Part shown: positions 22,731 through 35,121 of the stretch, in pieces
Position numbering within the stretch: the stretch's first letter is position 1
Layout of the letters: every line of letters starts with the position of its first letter
Assembly (NCBI RefSeq): GCF_001194135.2
Contig: NC_068981.1
Span: 20,631,137-20,688,285, forward strand
Origin: Octopus bimaculoides
Lineage: Eukaryota
DNA: 57,149 bases
Direction: 5' to 3'
Position numbers and translations under genes: made by a program
The notes under the pieces: model-generated
Told to the model about the DNA's origin: nothing
Databases searched by the model: none
Seen by the model: only the letters and a program-made list of their open reading frames with translations

Positions 22731-23876
22731 GTTCCAACCCACACAGGCGCATTAGCATGTGCACAATAACCACAGACATCCTGGCACATCTGCAACTTTC
22801 CAAAAAACAACTACAGCATCAAACTAAAAGTATTAACCATCCCACATGATCCAGACAAACACAAAAAAATGCAAGCACTCACAAAACAAAGCAGTAACAT
22901 CAATAACCTCATTATTTCCTTAGTCTAACAAGTCTCTACATCATCAATGGACCTGTTAAAAATAACAGCCAACTATCCCTCAAACCTTAATGGCATGTTA
23001 ATTTTAGAGAATTTTTATTCTTGAGGTTATCTCCCCTTCTCAAGTTTAGCTGGTCTCAATAACCATTTGGTAATTATGATACATCTTCTAGAGCCAGGGA
23101 AAATTTTCATAAATCATCAATATATGTTGCATGGTATCTGACACAACCAATATTTGTCTATGTTATTCAAATACTGACACTTTAAGTTATTTATCTTTGT
23201 TCATTTTTGATTAAATTCTGAGAAAATGGAACACAACTATACTAACATAGAAGAAATGAAGATGTAATTAAGACAGTTCTCAGTATGTTGGCTCTTATAG
23301 ACAACTCATGCTGTCCAGCAACAGCAGATAACAATACAATTTCTGTTATCATTTATTTGTTCCCAGAGAGTCTGAAAACCATCTGGTTGCATTGAAAACT
23401 TGAAATAATGGCTATAATTGAGCAGTAAAATATATATTTCTCAATTATATGTGATGGAGACACTTTACTTAGTTCAAAGATTTAAACAAATAGTGTGTTT
23501 TGTTTACAGTCCTCCACAAAAATATACCCAGGCTGCTTGTTCAGTAGACTGACAGAATTTTACCTTACTTGGAAACAGTTGAGTATTGGTATCAGATAGA
23601 TGACCCTGCCATAGAAAATTCCTCAATAAAGTATTTTTTGGCCCTCTATTTATAGGCAATGTTTAAGGAAGCCTCTAGAATGATCTGGGGAAGCTATCAT
23701 ATGAACACCAGCCACTGGCTGGACAATAAGTCAGCTGCACATGTGGTCAAGCTGTTGTTATGTTATGACTTGATATTTGTAATGTGGCATTGCAAATTTG
23801 AATCCATGCTACACAACAAATGTTTAAAAGGCACTTCCTGAATAATTTTTACAATCCAGTATATATGCTTACTGAC
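22731..23876. repeat. Local segmental duplicate made of four blocks from 18062-21503 (last block inverted)
   Basis: A 18062-18319 = 22731-22986; B 18929-19385 = 22987-23468; C 20546-20710 = 23483-23645; D 21275-21503 reverse-complemented = 23646-23876. Confidence 0.9.
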
Positions 23877-24049
23877 AGAAATGCTACACAAGTTAATCCA
23901 AAAACTCAGACTTCACTAATATGATGGTGGCATGGTGGATAAGATATTAGATAAGTTTTCACATTCAAAGCTCAGATACTGCTGGAATCTTCTGTACCTT
24001 TTGTTCTTTTGGGATTGATAAAATTATCACTAGTCAGTTCATAGACACA

Positions 24050-24300
24050 AGCAAAACTGTGTAGTTAAGAAGCTTTCTTCCCAACCATGTGATCTTGGGT
24101 TCAAGCTCACTGTGTGGGCAAGTTTCTTGTACTATAGCCCAAGGGTGATTGAAGCCTTGTGAGTGGTTTTGGTAGGTGGCGACTGAAAGAAGCTCATTGA
24201 ATGTGTGTGTATGTGTACCTTGTCTTCACAAAGTGTGATGATTCTAAGCAAGTATCATCATCATACAAGCAATGTTGTTTGCTTCCAGTCTTCTGAGAAA
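24050..24300 (+). mobile_element. tRNA-derived SINE
   Basis: gtgtagttaagaagctttcttcccaaccatgtgatcttgggttcaagc..gggcaagt..gccttgtgagtgg. Confidence 0.75.
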
Positions 24301-26109
24301 AACATGCTTGGCTATGGTAAAATACTGGCTTCAAATTTTAGCACAAGGCCAGCAATTTTGGGGAAGTGAGGAAGTCAATTGTTTACTGGTGGCAGAAGGG
24401 AAGAGGGGTAGGAGAGAAGAAGAAAGGGGTCATGATGATGATTGTAGAACTGATTGGTATTTATTTATCAAGTGGACGCTTCCTCTCACACAAAATAACA
24501 AGTAACTTGGATCCAAAGATAGACACCAATAGTAATGAGATTTTAGCTTCACTGAATAAAACATTTTGATTTTAATGTGAACATATATAATGTCAACTTC
24601 TCTCACAGTCTCATGGAGACATAGTTGTTTGGTGAGCAGTCTAAAGATTTGCTGAGTCATTGGTTTATTCAAAGTGTCTAATTCTTAGATTGAAACTCAA
24701 CCAGTTGTTCTGTGGATTTAACAATACAGTTTACAAGGATAAAATTAAATTTGGTATTTAAATCTTATGAGGTATTTTATATTTAACAACCACAAAAGTA
24801 TGACTCAGTGAGAAAAGCAGAAATAGAAATGAATTAAATGCATGAATTTGAGGAGTCTTAATGTGGATTTTGTGGGTCAAAAATTACTTCAGTGAGCTTC
24901 AAAGACTGGACGTTTGTCTATTATGAGTACAAGAAGCAAGTTGAAATCATCATCATCAGCAGCAGCAGCAGCATCTTTATCATCATTTACCCTCTGTTTT
25001 CCATGCTGATATGGGTTAGATAACTTGACAGCTGACGAGTCAAAGAGTTGAGTCATGCACCAATGTCTTCTTTGGCATGGTCTCTTCTACAACCGGATGT
25101 CCTTCATAATGCCAACCATTTTATAGAGTGTTCTGAATGTTGGCACTGATACTAGTGATGACCACCTTGCAATTTGCAAGGTTAAAGGTCTAAAGTGGCC
25201 CCTATAACTGAGGGAGAATAGAAGAGAGAGAAGGAAATGATCTGAGGTGGAGGGATGAGTGATAGCAAGTAAGAGGAGAAGATGGCAGGGAACAAAGGAG
25301 AAAGAAGGGATTAGTGACAGGGCTGAGAAAAAAAGAAGGATAGAGTTGAAAGGTAGAGTCTAGGGCTATTGTAAGGAATGAGTTTGGACAGATGTGAGGG
25401 AAAGGGGACAGGAAGGGAACAGTAGTCTAAAGTAGAAAAGAATTCTGGGAGAGTCATTGAAGGAATGAGAGATGAGGGGGTTTGTGGGATGAGTCAGAGG
25501 GAAAAGATAATAAGAGGTGTTGAGGAAGCAAAGAAGCTGTGGGGGAAAGCAAACAGTGAGAGAAAAGGAAGTAAAGGATGAAGAACAAGAGATAGGTGCT
25601 GAAGGGTACCATATAGGTAAGAGGAAGAACAGAGTGTGAATGTCACAAAAAGAATCCGAGATAAAGAAGGAGGGAAATAGTGGGTGAGTGCAGCAAAGGA
25701 AAGGAAGGTGAGAGGATGTTGGTCTCTTATTTTTATGGAAGACAAACATTTTACTGGAAAAACATTTCAGATCTTTAAAAAGTTTGTCTGACCAATGTAT
25801 TTCAATGAAAGAATATATGTTGCAAACATGCTTCATTAAATAATTGTTACAATAAAGCAAGATAAAATCAAATAGGTTCAACCAACGATAATGAGGTGAT
25901 GGCAGAGACAAAGATATAAGCTTGTTGAAATAGAATTAGACATGGTGAGAAAATATTTGACATCTAGTGAGTAAGAAAGTCAACAAACTGAATTCTGAGA
26001 GACCACAAAAGAAACTGAGGGATGAGTTAAATAAATTTTGCCTTGTAATGTAGGTGGAAATTGTGTGGAAGCTCATCATATGTGTATGTATGTATGTATG
26101 TATAGCCAC

Positions 26110-26290
26110 TACCCATTCTTTTTTTTCTGTGTGTTTCTTTCCTTGTTTCTTTCTGTGTTCCTTTCTGTGGAAGAGCATAGGTCCGAAACGTTAAGGACTT
26201 TTTCATTTCCCGAGCGTTATACTAAAATATCTGTTTGTTTTCTACACCACCTGTCTTCGTCTTTTGTTTGTTTTTTGTGAATTCTCCCTA
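26110..26290 (+). mobile_element. Penelope-like terminus with variant hammerhead core
   Basis: tcctt-t-CTGTGGA-agagc-atag-gtcc-GAAACGTT-aagga at 26159-26197; pyrimidine-rich body between (TATG)n arrays. Confidence 0.5.
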
Positions 26291-26324
26291 TGTATGTATG
26301 TATGTATGTATGTACATCATCATG

Positions 26325-26495
26325 ATTTAACATTGGTTTCCAATGCTAACATGGGTTGGACAGTGTGACGGAAGCTGGCAAGCCGGAAAGCTGCACCAAG
26401 CTCCATAGCCTGTTTTGGCATGGTTTCTATGGCTGGATGCCCTTCTTAATGCCAACCACTTTGCAGAATGTACTGGGTGCTTTTCATATGGTGCC
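26325..26495 (-). mobile_element. RTE-type 3' tail
   Basis: catcatcatgatttaacatt..ggctggatgcccttcttaatgccaacc. Confidence 0.8.
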
Positions 26496-26525
26496 AGTAT
26501 GTATGTATGTATGTATGTATGTATG

Positions 26526-27440
26526 TCATTGTTCAGTTTTATTTCATGCCGTAAACGAATCATGAAACCGCGAATGGCTCAGGAACTGGACCTAATCCTC
26601 GGGACTGTATTCCTCACTGAGAGGAGAGTGGATAACTGTGCCAATATAGAAAGAGTCGGTTTCTAACCTAGATCCAAGGCTCCTTCATTGGAATTTCAAC
26701 ATCAACAACAGGGTATTTTTGTATGTATGTATGTGTGTATATGTGCAGATTTCTATGCTTTGCTTTTTGTATGTATTTTCATGCATATAGTTGCATATCT
26801 AGACATGCTCATATATATTTAAGTGATAAACTTCTGGAAAGTTTTACAGATTTTTACAGTATGTATGTATGTGTTTGTGTGTGTATATCTATGTATGGAT
26901 GTATGTAAGTCATTATTCAGTTTATTTCAAGATTTCTTGACAATAGAGAAAGAACTGGTTTCTAACCTAGACCCAAGGTTCCTTCATTGGAATTTCAACA
27001 ACAGGGTGTTTTTGTTTGTATATATGTATGTATGTATGTGCAGATTTGTATGTTTTATGTATGTATTCTCATGCACATAGTTACATATTTAAACATGCTC
27101 ATATATATTTAAATGATAAACTTCTGGGAAGTTTTACAGATTTTTACAGTTCCAGTGGTGGATTGTATCTGTAGTCTTCGAATTAGCTTTCTCCTTTCTG
27201 GTTTTGAGAAGCCTAATTTCTCAAGATTGGTATTTAGGCAGTGTGTTACATATCTCAGGGCCCCAATAATTACAGGTATAAATCTGAACTTGTAATCTGG
27301 ATAGAGTAACTGCAGATTTCTCAATAGTTCAGCTGATCTTCAGCTTTATGTTAGCATCTGCTGGGCATCTATTTTCCACAGCTGTGCACAGTTTTTCTTC
27401 TCTATCCCAAATCATTATATCAGGTCTGTTGTGCTTATGT
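26526..27440 (-). mobile_element. Two tandem 3' ends of an R4/Dong-like (RLE) non-LTR retrotransposon in (TACA)n
   Basis: HNRPDIMIWDREEKLCTAVE..CPAD and ELLRNLQLLYPDYKFRFIPVIIGAL.. (restriction-like endonuclease C-terminus, stop 27109); 3' ends at ~26909 and ~26526 abut ACAT repeats. Confidence 0.8.
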
Positions 27441-27470
27441 ATGTATGTATGAATGTATGTATGTATGTAT

Positions 27471-27780
27471 GACTGGAAGAACAATGCCTGTCATCGCCAC
27501 GGATGGAGGAAGCAGGTTAAGGAGGGGATCGACACTTTTGAGAGAGCACCTATCCAGCATGAAGAACTTAAGCGAGCTGCGCGAAAGCGCACAGCTCGTA
27601 TAGTGAATGGGGAAAGCTTGGTCTGCAATGTTTGCAGTCGTGTATGCTTATCAAGAGCAGGGCTCATTAGACACCAACGGAGCCGCAGATGCAAAATATA
27701 AGTTAGTCCTAGAGCGCACAATGTTCCTGAAGGTCAGCAATGGTCTTCCTCGGTCACAAGTGGATGGCCATCATGTATAC
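27471..27780 (+). mobile_element. Young 5'-truncated RTE-clade 3' end with C-terminal Zn-finger
   Basis: DWKNNACHRHGWRKQVKEG..FE..KRAARK..CNVCSRVCLSRAGLIRHQR; CpGs intact; flanked by (TATG)n. Confidence 0.8.
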
Positions 27781-28467
27781 ATACAGTGTTGATTTGTTTA
27801 CAAACCTGTAACTCAGTAGTTCAGCAAAAGAGACCAATAGAGTTAGTGTCAGGCTTAGAAGTGAGTTCTGGGGTTGATTTGTTCAACAAAACACTTCTGT
27901 CCTCTGACTGAAACAAGTAAAAGTTAAAGATCAGAAACTTAAAACCAAAAGTTTATCAAGAAATAAAAGCAGGGTTTTAACCCTGCAATGAGAAAGCAAT
28001 AACTGAGTACATTGAATTGAATACACATTCACAACAGTCTCAAACACACACACATTTTGCATTTACATACACCCTTACACAATATTCACACACATTCAGT
28101 CTCTCATAAATTCAATGTTTTCGTTTCTAAATATAATTTTTCACAGATTTCTTTATATTTTCTTTTTAAACATGTTTTCTTATTTTCCAAGATTTTGTAA
28201 ATTTCCCTCATAAATAATTCTTGTAAATAGTTGGAAAGAAAATTATTGCAATACTTAAGTAATAAAATATATTTTAGATTCATAGTAACACAAAAATAAA
28301 TACTGTTAAGTATAAATATAAGAAAGTCTCATGTGTGTGGTGTGGTGAGTTGAAAAACCTCAAGGAATTAATAGACAAAAACTCTCTCTCTAAGACGTTC
28401 TTAAAACAGTATGCAAGTGGGATACTATAATAAGATTGATTTTTTTCAAAATTTAGATAATGTAGAC

Positions 28468-28550
28468 CAGTGGTTCCCAAACTTTTTCAGGCTGCTGCCC
28501 CTTGACACCCTGGCCATATTCCTAGCGCCCCCACCCCAACTAAACATCAC
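28468..28550 (+). mobile_element. hAT-like transposon end
   Basis: Begins CAGTGGTTCCCAAACTTTT, a typical hAT/Charlie terminus; partner end not found. Confidence 0.55.
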
Positions 28551-28779
28551 AAACATAGACCTCTTTCTGCAGTCGAATGGTTGTTGTGTTAAACTAGGCA
28601 ACAGATTAGATTAACTCTGCTCTCCAACAGTAGAAATGGTTCTTCTGGTGGCCTTCCATAAAGTTTCTATCTCCCAAATTTCACTCACAAAGCTTTGATC
28701 ATTAAGAGTTCAATCTTATATGTTTATGAAGATATAAACTAGCGCTAGTTGTCAAGTGGTGGGTTGGACAAGCACAAAT

Positions 28780-28814
<35 letters not shown>

Positions 28815-29289
28815 ATGAGCTTCCACACAGTTTCCGTTTTCCAAATTCACTTACAGACCATATATACACTTACCAAATGTTCCACACAATAGGATTGAAT
28901 CCAAAACCATGTGGTTACAAAACAACCTTCTTATCCACACAGCTATGTCTATGCCTATCTATATTGTTATTCATATTATATGCCATCCGAAGGTGGTGAG
29001 CTGACAGAACCATTGGTACATTGGGCAGAATGCTTAACGGCATTTCATCTCTCTTTACATTCTGAGTTCAAATGCTGCTGTGGTCAGTTTTGCCCTTCAT
29101 CCTTTTAGAGTTGATAAAATAAGTAACGGTTTAACATTGGGGTTGGTGTAATCAACTTACCCCTGCCCTGAAATTGCTGGCTTTGTGCCAAAATTTGAAA
29201 TCGATATTATATGTCATCTTAAGGCAGCAAACTAGCAGAATCGTTTCTACATCAGGCAAAATGCTTTAGCAGCATTTCATCCATCTTCA

Positions 29290-29790
29290 CATTCATCATC
29301 ATCATCATCGTTTAACGTCCGCCTTCCATGCTAGCATGGGTTGGACGATTTGACTGAGGACTGGCAAACCAGATGGCTGCACCAGGCTCCAATCTGATCT
29401 GATATAGTTTCTACAGCTGGATGCCCTTCCTAACGCCAACCACTCCGAGAGTGTAGTGGGTGCTTTTACATGCCACCGGCACGAGGGCCAGTCAGGGCGG
29501 TACTGGCAGTGGCCACGCTCAAGTAGTGTTTTTTACATGCCACCTGCACAGGAGCCAGTCCAGCAGCACTGACAACGACCTCGCTCAAATGTTTTTTCAG
29601 GTGCCACAGGCACAAGTGCCAGTAAGGCGACGCTGGTAACGATCATGTTTGAATGGTGCTTTTTACGTGCTACCGGCACAGAAGCCAGACAGCTGCTCTG
29701 GCAGAGATCACGCTCAGATGGTGTTTTTAGCGCTCCACTGGCATGGGTGCCACTCATCAAATTTGCGAATTTGATTTGATTTTGATTCTG
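29290..29790 (-). mobile_element. RTE-type long 3' UTR/tail
   Basis: (CAT)n-gtttaacgtccgccttccatgctagcatggg..cttcctaacgccaaccactccgagagtgtagtggg; subrepeats follow. Confidence 0.9.
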
Positions 29791-30902
29791 AGTTTAAATT
29801 CCACCAAGGTCCACTTTACCTTTCATCCTTTTTGGGGTCAATAAAATAAGTACCAGTCGAGCACTGGGGTCAATGTAATTGACTTACCCATCCCCTAAAA
29901 TTGCTGGCCATGCTCCAAAATATGAAACCAACATTACATGTCATCTTTACCCTATTTGAGAATTTTCTACCAAAAGCCAATATGAGAGTTTTTCTCCTGA
30001 TATCTACCACAGTATAGTTTGTTCTAACAGAACATCCATATTTAAGCGGGGATAAATATTACCTCTTTTTTTCTTTTGACCTTGTAGGGCTTTAGTGTTC
30101 TATTATAATTTCAATTAAATCTGAAATGTATTAAAGGAACAGAAATCAATCACAGTACTTGTTTAGTATATAATTCTATTGATCCTAGAAGGATGAAAGA
30201 CAAAACTGACCTTAGCAGAATTCAAACTCAGATTTGTGGCTTTGTTCCAAAGTTAAAAATCAATGTTATATTAATGGTATTAATAAAATATCGTATCTTA
30301 CCATGGTAGGATGCTCTACAGAGTTTGCTTCATTGTTTCCATGTAACTTCTATTAATAACAGGTTAATTTATCCTTGGTGCTAATAGTTTTCTTTCCAAG
30401 GCTTTTTCTATATTCAGATTTTACTTATTAACTTATGAACCAAGGTTCCAGTATAAAATTCCTATCTGGACCATTAATTTCTTAGAACTATATATGGATG
30501 TGTGTGTTTGTGTGTGTGTGTGTTTGTGTTTGTATGTTTGTGTGTGTGCGTGTGTGTGTGAGTATATATATATGTATGTTTATAATGTGTGTGTGTAAAT
30601 GAGTGTGTGTGTATGTGTGTGTGTGTGTGTGTGATTATGAAAATGTGTGGCCTGGTGGTTAGGGTGTTGTGCTCATGATTACAAGATTGTAGTTTCAATT
30701 CCCAGATCTGGAAGTGCATTGTGATCTTGAGCAAAACACTTTAATTTCACGTTGCTCCAATTGATTCAGCTGTAAATGAGTAGCTCCTATAATGGAGAAG
30801 CATTCTGTTGCAGGGGTAATATTCTGATCTTGGTCATTTGAATATCATGAAAACTATCCTAGAACTTGAGACAGTACTTACTTTATATACATACATACAT
30901 GC

Positions 30903-30953
<51 letters not shown>

Positions 30954-31081
30954 GCGTTAGGAAGGGCATCCAGCTGTAGAAACTCTGCCAAATTAGATTG
31001 GAGCCTGGTGTAGCCATCCGGTTGCACCAGTCCTCAGTCAAATCGTCCAACCCATGCTAGCATGGAAAGCGGACATTAAAC

Positions 31082-31113
<32 letters not shown>

Positions 31114-31114
<1 letters not shown>

Positions 31115-31564
31115 ACACGACAGAAGTAAATAGACACCCCATAAAACATTGTTTTATGTTTATTCTAACTTGTAATGGTTTCTATTCTTTATTAATTGAC
31201 ATTTTTATGTTTCAAGTTCTATATGTGACTGTTTAATCATGCCATGTACAAAAGAAGCCTTGGAACTGTCTGAATTTCAAAGAGGCCATATCATGGGTCA
31301 ATATGAAGGTGGACATAGCATAAAATCACAGAAAACCTTGGGATCCCACTTTCTACCATTAACAGAGTGATTGTGCAATTCACCTGAGAGGGGAAGGAGT
31401 CCACATCACCTCACCCAGGTTGACTAGGGCTCTCTGACAGGACCCTTCTCTTTGTTAAGAGAAGTGTGGAGGATAGTCTTCATTGCAAGGCCTCTGACAT
31501 AGCAGAACATGTTGATGTCAGTCCCAGAACAACTGTCAGATATCTCCACAAACTTGGTTACTAG
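31114..31564 (+). mobile_element. Tc1/mariner 5' relic (TIR plus disrupted transposase HTH region)
   Basis: TA|CACGACAGAAGTAAATAGACACCC start; from ATG 31239 MPCTKEALELSEFQRGHIMGQYEGGHS/KITENLGIPLSTINRVI..VSPRTTVRYLHKLGY, with a frameshift and stops. Confidence 0.8.
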
Positions 31565-31996
31565 CCAGTCAACATTTAGCCCCACATCAGCCCTCACTGA
31601 ACAAACCTATGATCAATAATATCCAGATTTGAAAGTACCATCTTTTGTATATGTATGTCAGGGATTACATTATCCAACTAATTGCCCTTTATTTTAGTTG
31701 CTGTTGGGTAATATTAGGTAGATTTGGCTGCTTTTCCTACAAATTCAAGTAACTGCACAAAGGCCTTCACATTAATTCAACAGTATCAAAAGTTATACAA
31801 GATCCTAGTTATATAGGAATGTAACTTCCTCATTGAATGTTACTTAAACAAAGAGGTTCAAACCATACAATATCTATTCATCATACCTACACACTTTGTC
31901 TATCTTTTCAATCAATATCTCTACACTGTGTCTATCTATCTGTCTGTCTAAATAGTAGACACAGTGTCATTATATCTAGCTAATATCTCTATGTTA

Positions 31997-32385
31997 GGTG
32001 GAGGCGCAATGGCCCAGTGGTTAGGGCAGCGGACTCGCGGTCATAGGATCACGGTTTCGATTCCCAGACCGGACGGTGTGAGTGTTTATTGAGCGAAAAC
32101 ACCTAAAGCTCCACGAGGCTCCGGCAGGGGATGGTGGCGAACCCTGCTGTACTTGTCCACCACAACTTTCTCTCACTCTTACTTCCTGTTTCTGTTGTAC
32201 TTGTATTTCAAAGGGCCAGCTTTGTCACACTGTGTCAGGCTGAATATTCCCAAGAACTACGTTAAGGGTACACGTGTCTGTGGAGTGCTCAGCCACTTGC
32301 ACGTTAATTTCATGAGCAGGCTGTTCCATTGATTGGATCAACTGGAACCCTCGACGTCATAAGCGACGGAGTGCCAACAACAACT
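31997..32385 (+). mobile_element. Full-length tRNA-derived SINE with (AAC)n tail
   Basis: A box TGGCCCAGTGG, B box GGTTTCGATTCC; reverse copy at ~36185-36748. Confidence 0.9.
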
Positions 32386-32394
32386 CTATATTGT

Positions 32395-32610
32395 AAGGCA
32401 GTGAGCTGACAGAAACGTTAGCACACCGGGCGAAATGCTTAGCGGTATTTCGTCTGTCTTTACGTTCTGAGTTCAAATTCCACCAAGGTCAACTTTGCCT
32501 TTCATCCTTTCAGGGTCGATAAATTAAGTACCAGTTGTGTACTGACGTCGATCTAATCGACTGGCCCCCTTCCCAAAAATTTCGGGCCTTGTGCTTAGAG
32601 TAGAAAAGAA
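32395..32610 (+). mobile_element. tRNA-derived SINE ('gcctttcatccttt..gggtcgataaa' family)
   Basis: Homologous copies at ~8040-8190, 28985-29200, 41755-41975 and (-) 51990-52150. Confidence 0.85.
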
Positions 32611-32934
32611 TATCTCTACATTGTGTGTATCCATCCAATAATCATCTAAGCAGTTAATATCTATACACTATATCAACTTAACCAGTCAACACCTACATAT
32701 CTAATTATCCAGCATTCTCTGAATAGCCAAATATTTGTAATACACCATCTCTGATGAAAGGGCAATTATCCTAAAACAGATGAGTAAAAAGATTCTCAAT
32801 CATTTTTCTGTTTAATTTAAAAAACAATAGGATGTTTTCACATAAGTTCAGTCTCTAAAATTGAGTTTTACAAATAAATAACTGCTGAGTTATCTGCATT
32901 ATACGTGTTTGGGATATTCTTAATTACACCATGT

Positions 32935-32981
<47 letters not shown>

Positions 32982-33781
32982 NNNNNNNNNNNNNNNNNNN
33001 NNNNNNNNNNNNNNNNNNNNNNNNNNNNNNNNNNNNNNNNNNNNNNNNNNNNNNNNNNNNNNNNNNNNNNNNNNNNNNNNNNNNNNNNNNNNNNNNNNNN
33101 NNNNNNNNNNNNNNNNNNNNNNNNNNNNNNNNNNNNNNNNNNNNNNNNNNNNNNNNNNNNNNNNNNNNNNNNNNNNNNNNNNNNNNNNNNNNNNNNNNNN
33201 NNNNNNNNNNNNNNNNNNNNNNNNNNNNNNNNNNNNNNNNNNNNNNNNNNNNNNNNNNNNNNNNNNNNNNNNNNNNNNNNNNNNNNNNNNNNNNNNNNNN
33301 NNNNNNNNNNNNNNNNNNNNNNNNNNNNNNNNNNNNNNNNNNNNNNNNNNNNNNNNNNNNNNNNNNNNNNNNNNNNNNNNNNNNNNNNNNNNNNNNNNNN
33401 NNNNNNNNNNNNNNNNNNNNNNNNNNNNNNNNNNNNNNNNNNNNNNNNNNNNNNNNNNNNNNNNNNNNNNNNNNNNNNNNNNNNNNNNNNNNNNNNNNNN
33501 NNNNNNNNNNNNNNNNNNNNNNNNNNNNNNNNNNNNNNNNNNNNNNNNNNNNNNNNNNNNNNNNNNNNNNNNNNNNNNNNNNNNNNNNNNNNNNNNNNNN
33601 NNNNNNNNNNNNNNNNNNNNNNNNNNNNNNNNNNNNNNNNNNNNNNNNNNNNNNNNNNNNNNNNNNNNNNNNNNNNNNNNNNNNNNNNNNNNNNNNNNNN
33701 NNNNNNNNNNNNNNNNNNNNNNNNNNNNNNNNNNNNNNNNNNNNNNNNNNNNNNNNNNNNNNNNNNNNNNNNNNNNNNNNN

Positions 33782-33826
<45 letters not shown>

Positions 33827-34511
33827 TGGCTGTGTAGTGAGAAGTTTGCTCCCCAACTCCATGGTTCTGGGTTGTCTCATTATGTAGCACTCAAAGCTTT
33901 GTTAGTGGAAAGAAACCACCCTCAAAAGTCTATTGGTTATGTTGTCTCATATGAATGGATACAACATAGAGCAGTAAAATCCTCTTTTATTTTGCAGAAT
34001 ACTTCACTAGTGATTAGACAGTTTGAACTGAGGGGGTCCTTTTTTTTTTACTTTTAATAACTTTACACCTACACAAGATACCAGAGTAGTTGACCCAGGC
34101 TCAAGTATTTATGTAATCTCATATTTCTATTGTTAACCACTCCTCTGCATTTATACAAAGCAACCAGTGAAACATTAATATTATAATCATTAAAGCTAGA
34201 AATCATTATTCTCTCCTTTACAGACACCTACACCGTATAATCATGCTCTATATACTATTGTATAACTTGAATAACCAGACATACAGATTTATATATGTGG
34301 ATCTAATTGAGTGAGGTGTATATTTGTCGAATAGATATTTTATTTATTTGATATTTCTTTTTCTAAAGAGCAACAATTCACAGAAAATAAATTCTTCTCC
34401 AAGTATGAAGCACTGTAACATTTTGATAGATTTGATATTATTTATCAAACGTAGCACAATATATTTATGTATGTATTTATGTGTGAGTGTGTGTGTATGT
34501 TTGTATGTGTG

Positions 34512-34598
<87 letters not shown>

Positions 34599-34699
34599 TT
34601 ATCTGTCTATCTATCTATCTATTATGTACTATATATATGTATGTATGTGTATGTGTGTGTAATATATATATATGTAATAGTATGTATGTACATGTGTGT

Positions 34700-35121
34700 A
34701 TAGCACGTAAAAAGCACCATCCGAACGTGGCCGATGCCAGTGCCACCGTGACTGGCTTCTGTGTCGGTGGTACATAAAGAGCACCATCTGATTGTGGTCA
34801 ATGCCAGCTCCTCTGCCCCTTATGCCGGTGGCATGTAAAAAGCACCCACTGCACTCCCAGGGTAGTTGGTGTTAGGAAGGGTATCCAGCTGTAGAAACAC
34901 TGCCAGATCAGATTGGGGCCTGGTGCAGCCTCCTGGCTTCCCAGACCCCAGTCGAACCGTCCAACTCATGCCAGCATGGAAAACGGACGATGATCGTCAT
35001 CATCATCATCATCATCCTTTAACGTCCGCTTTCCATGCTAGCATGGGTTGGACGATTTGACTGAGGACTGGTGAAACCGGATGGCAACACCAGGCTCCAG
35101 TCTAATTTGGCAGAGTTTCTA
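34700..35121. mobile_element. Tail-to-tail pair of RTE-type tails meeting at (GAT)n/(CAT)n
   Basis: + tail ends gcatggaaaacggacgatgat ~34993; - tail starts catcatcatcctttaacgtccgc. Confidence 0.85.

Noticed and set aside
7230-25730. Purine-rich GA tracts and their ORFs (7230-7650, 11300-11800, 25200-25730)
   Set aside because: Low-complexity decayed simple repeats; ORFs reflect compositional lack of stop codons.
31997-32070. tRNA genes (also 6845, 19720, 48064)
   Set aside because: A/B boxes are present but acceptor and anticodon stems are broken and each continues into a SINE body.
24609-34415. Isolated GT-AG micro-exon candidates (+24609-24631, +28278-28344, -30302-30349, + terminal ~34369-34415)
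   Set aside because: Such sites arise often by chance in AT-rich DNA; no recognisable protein and no consistent chain.
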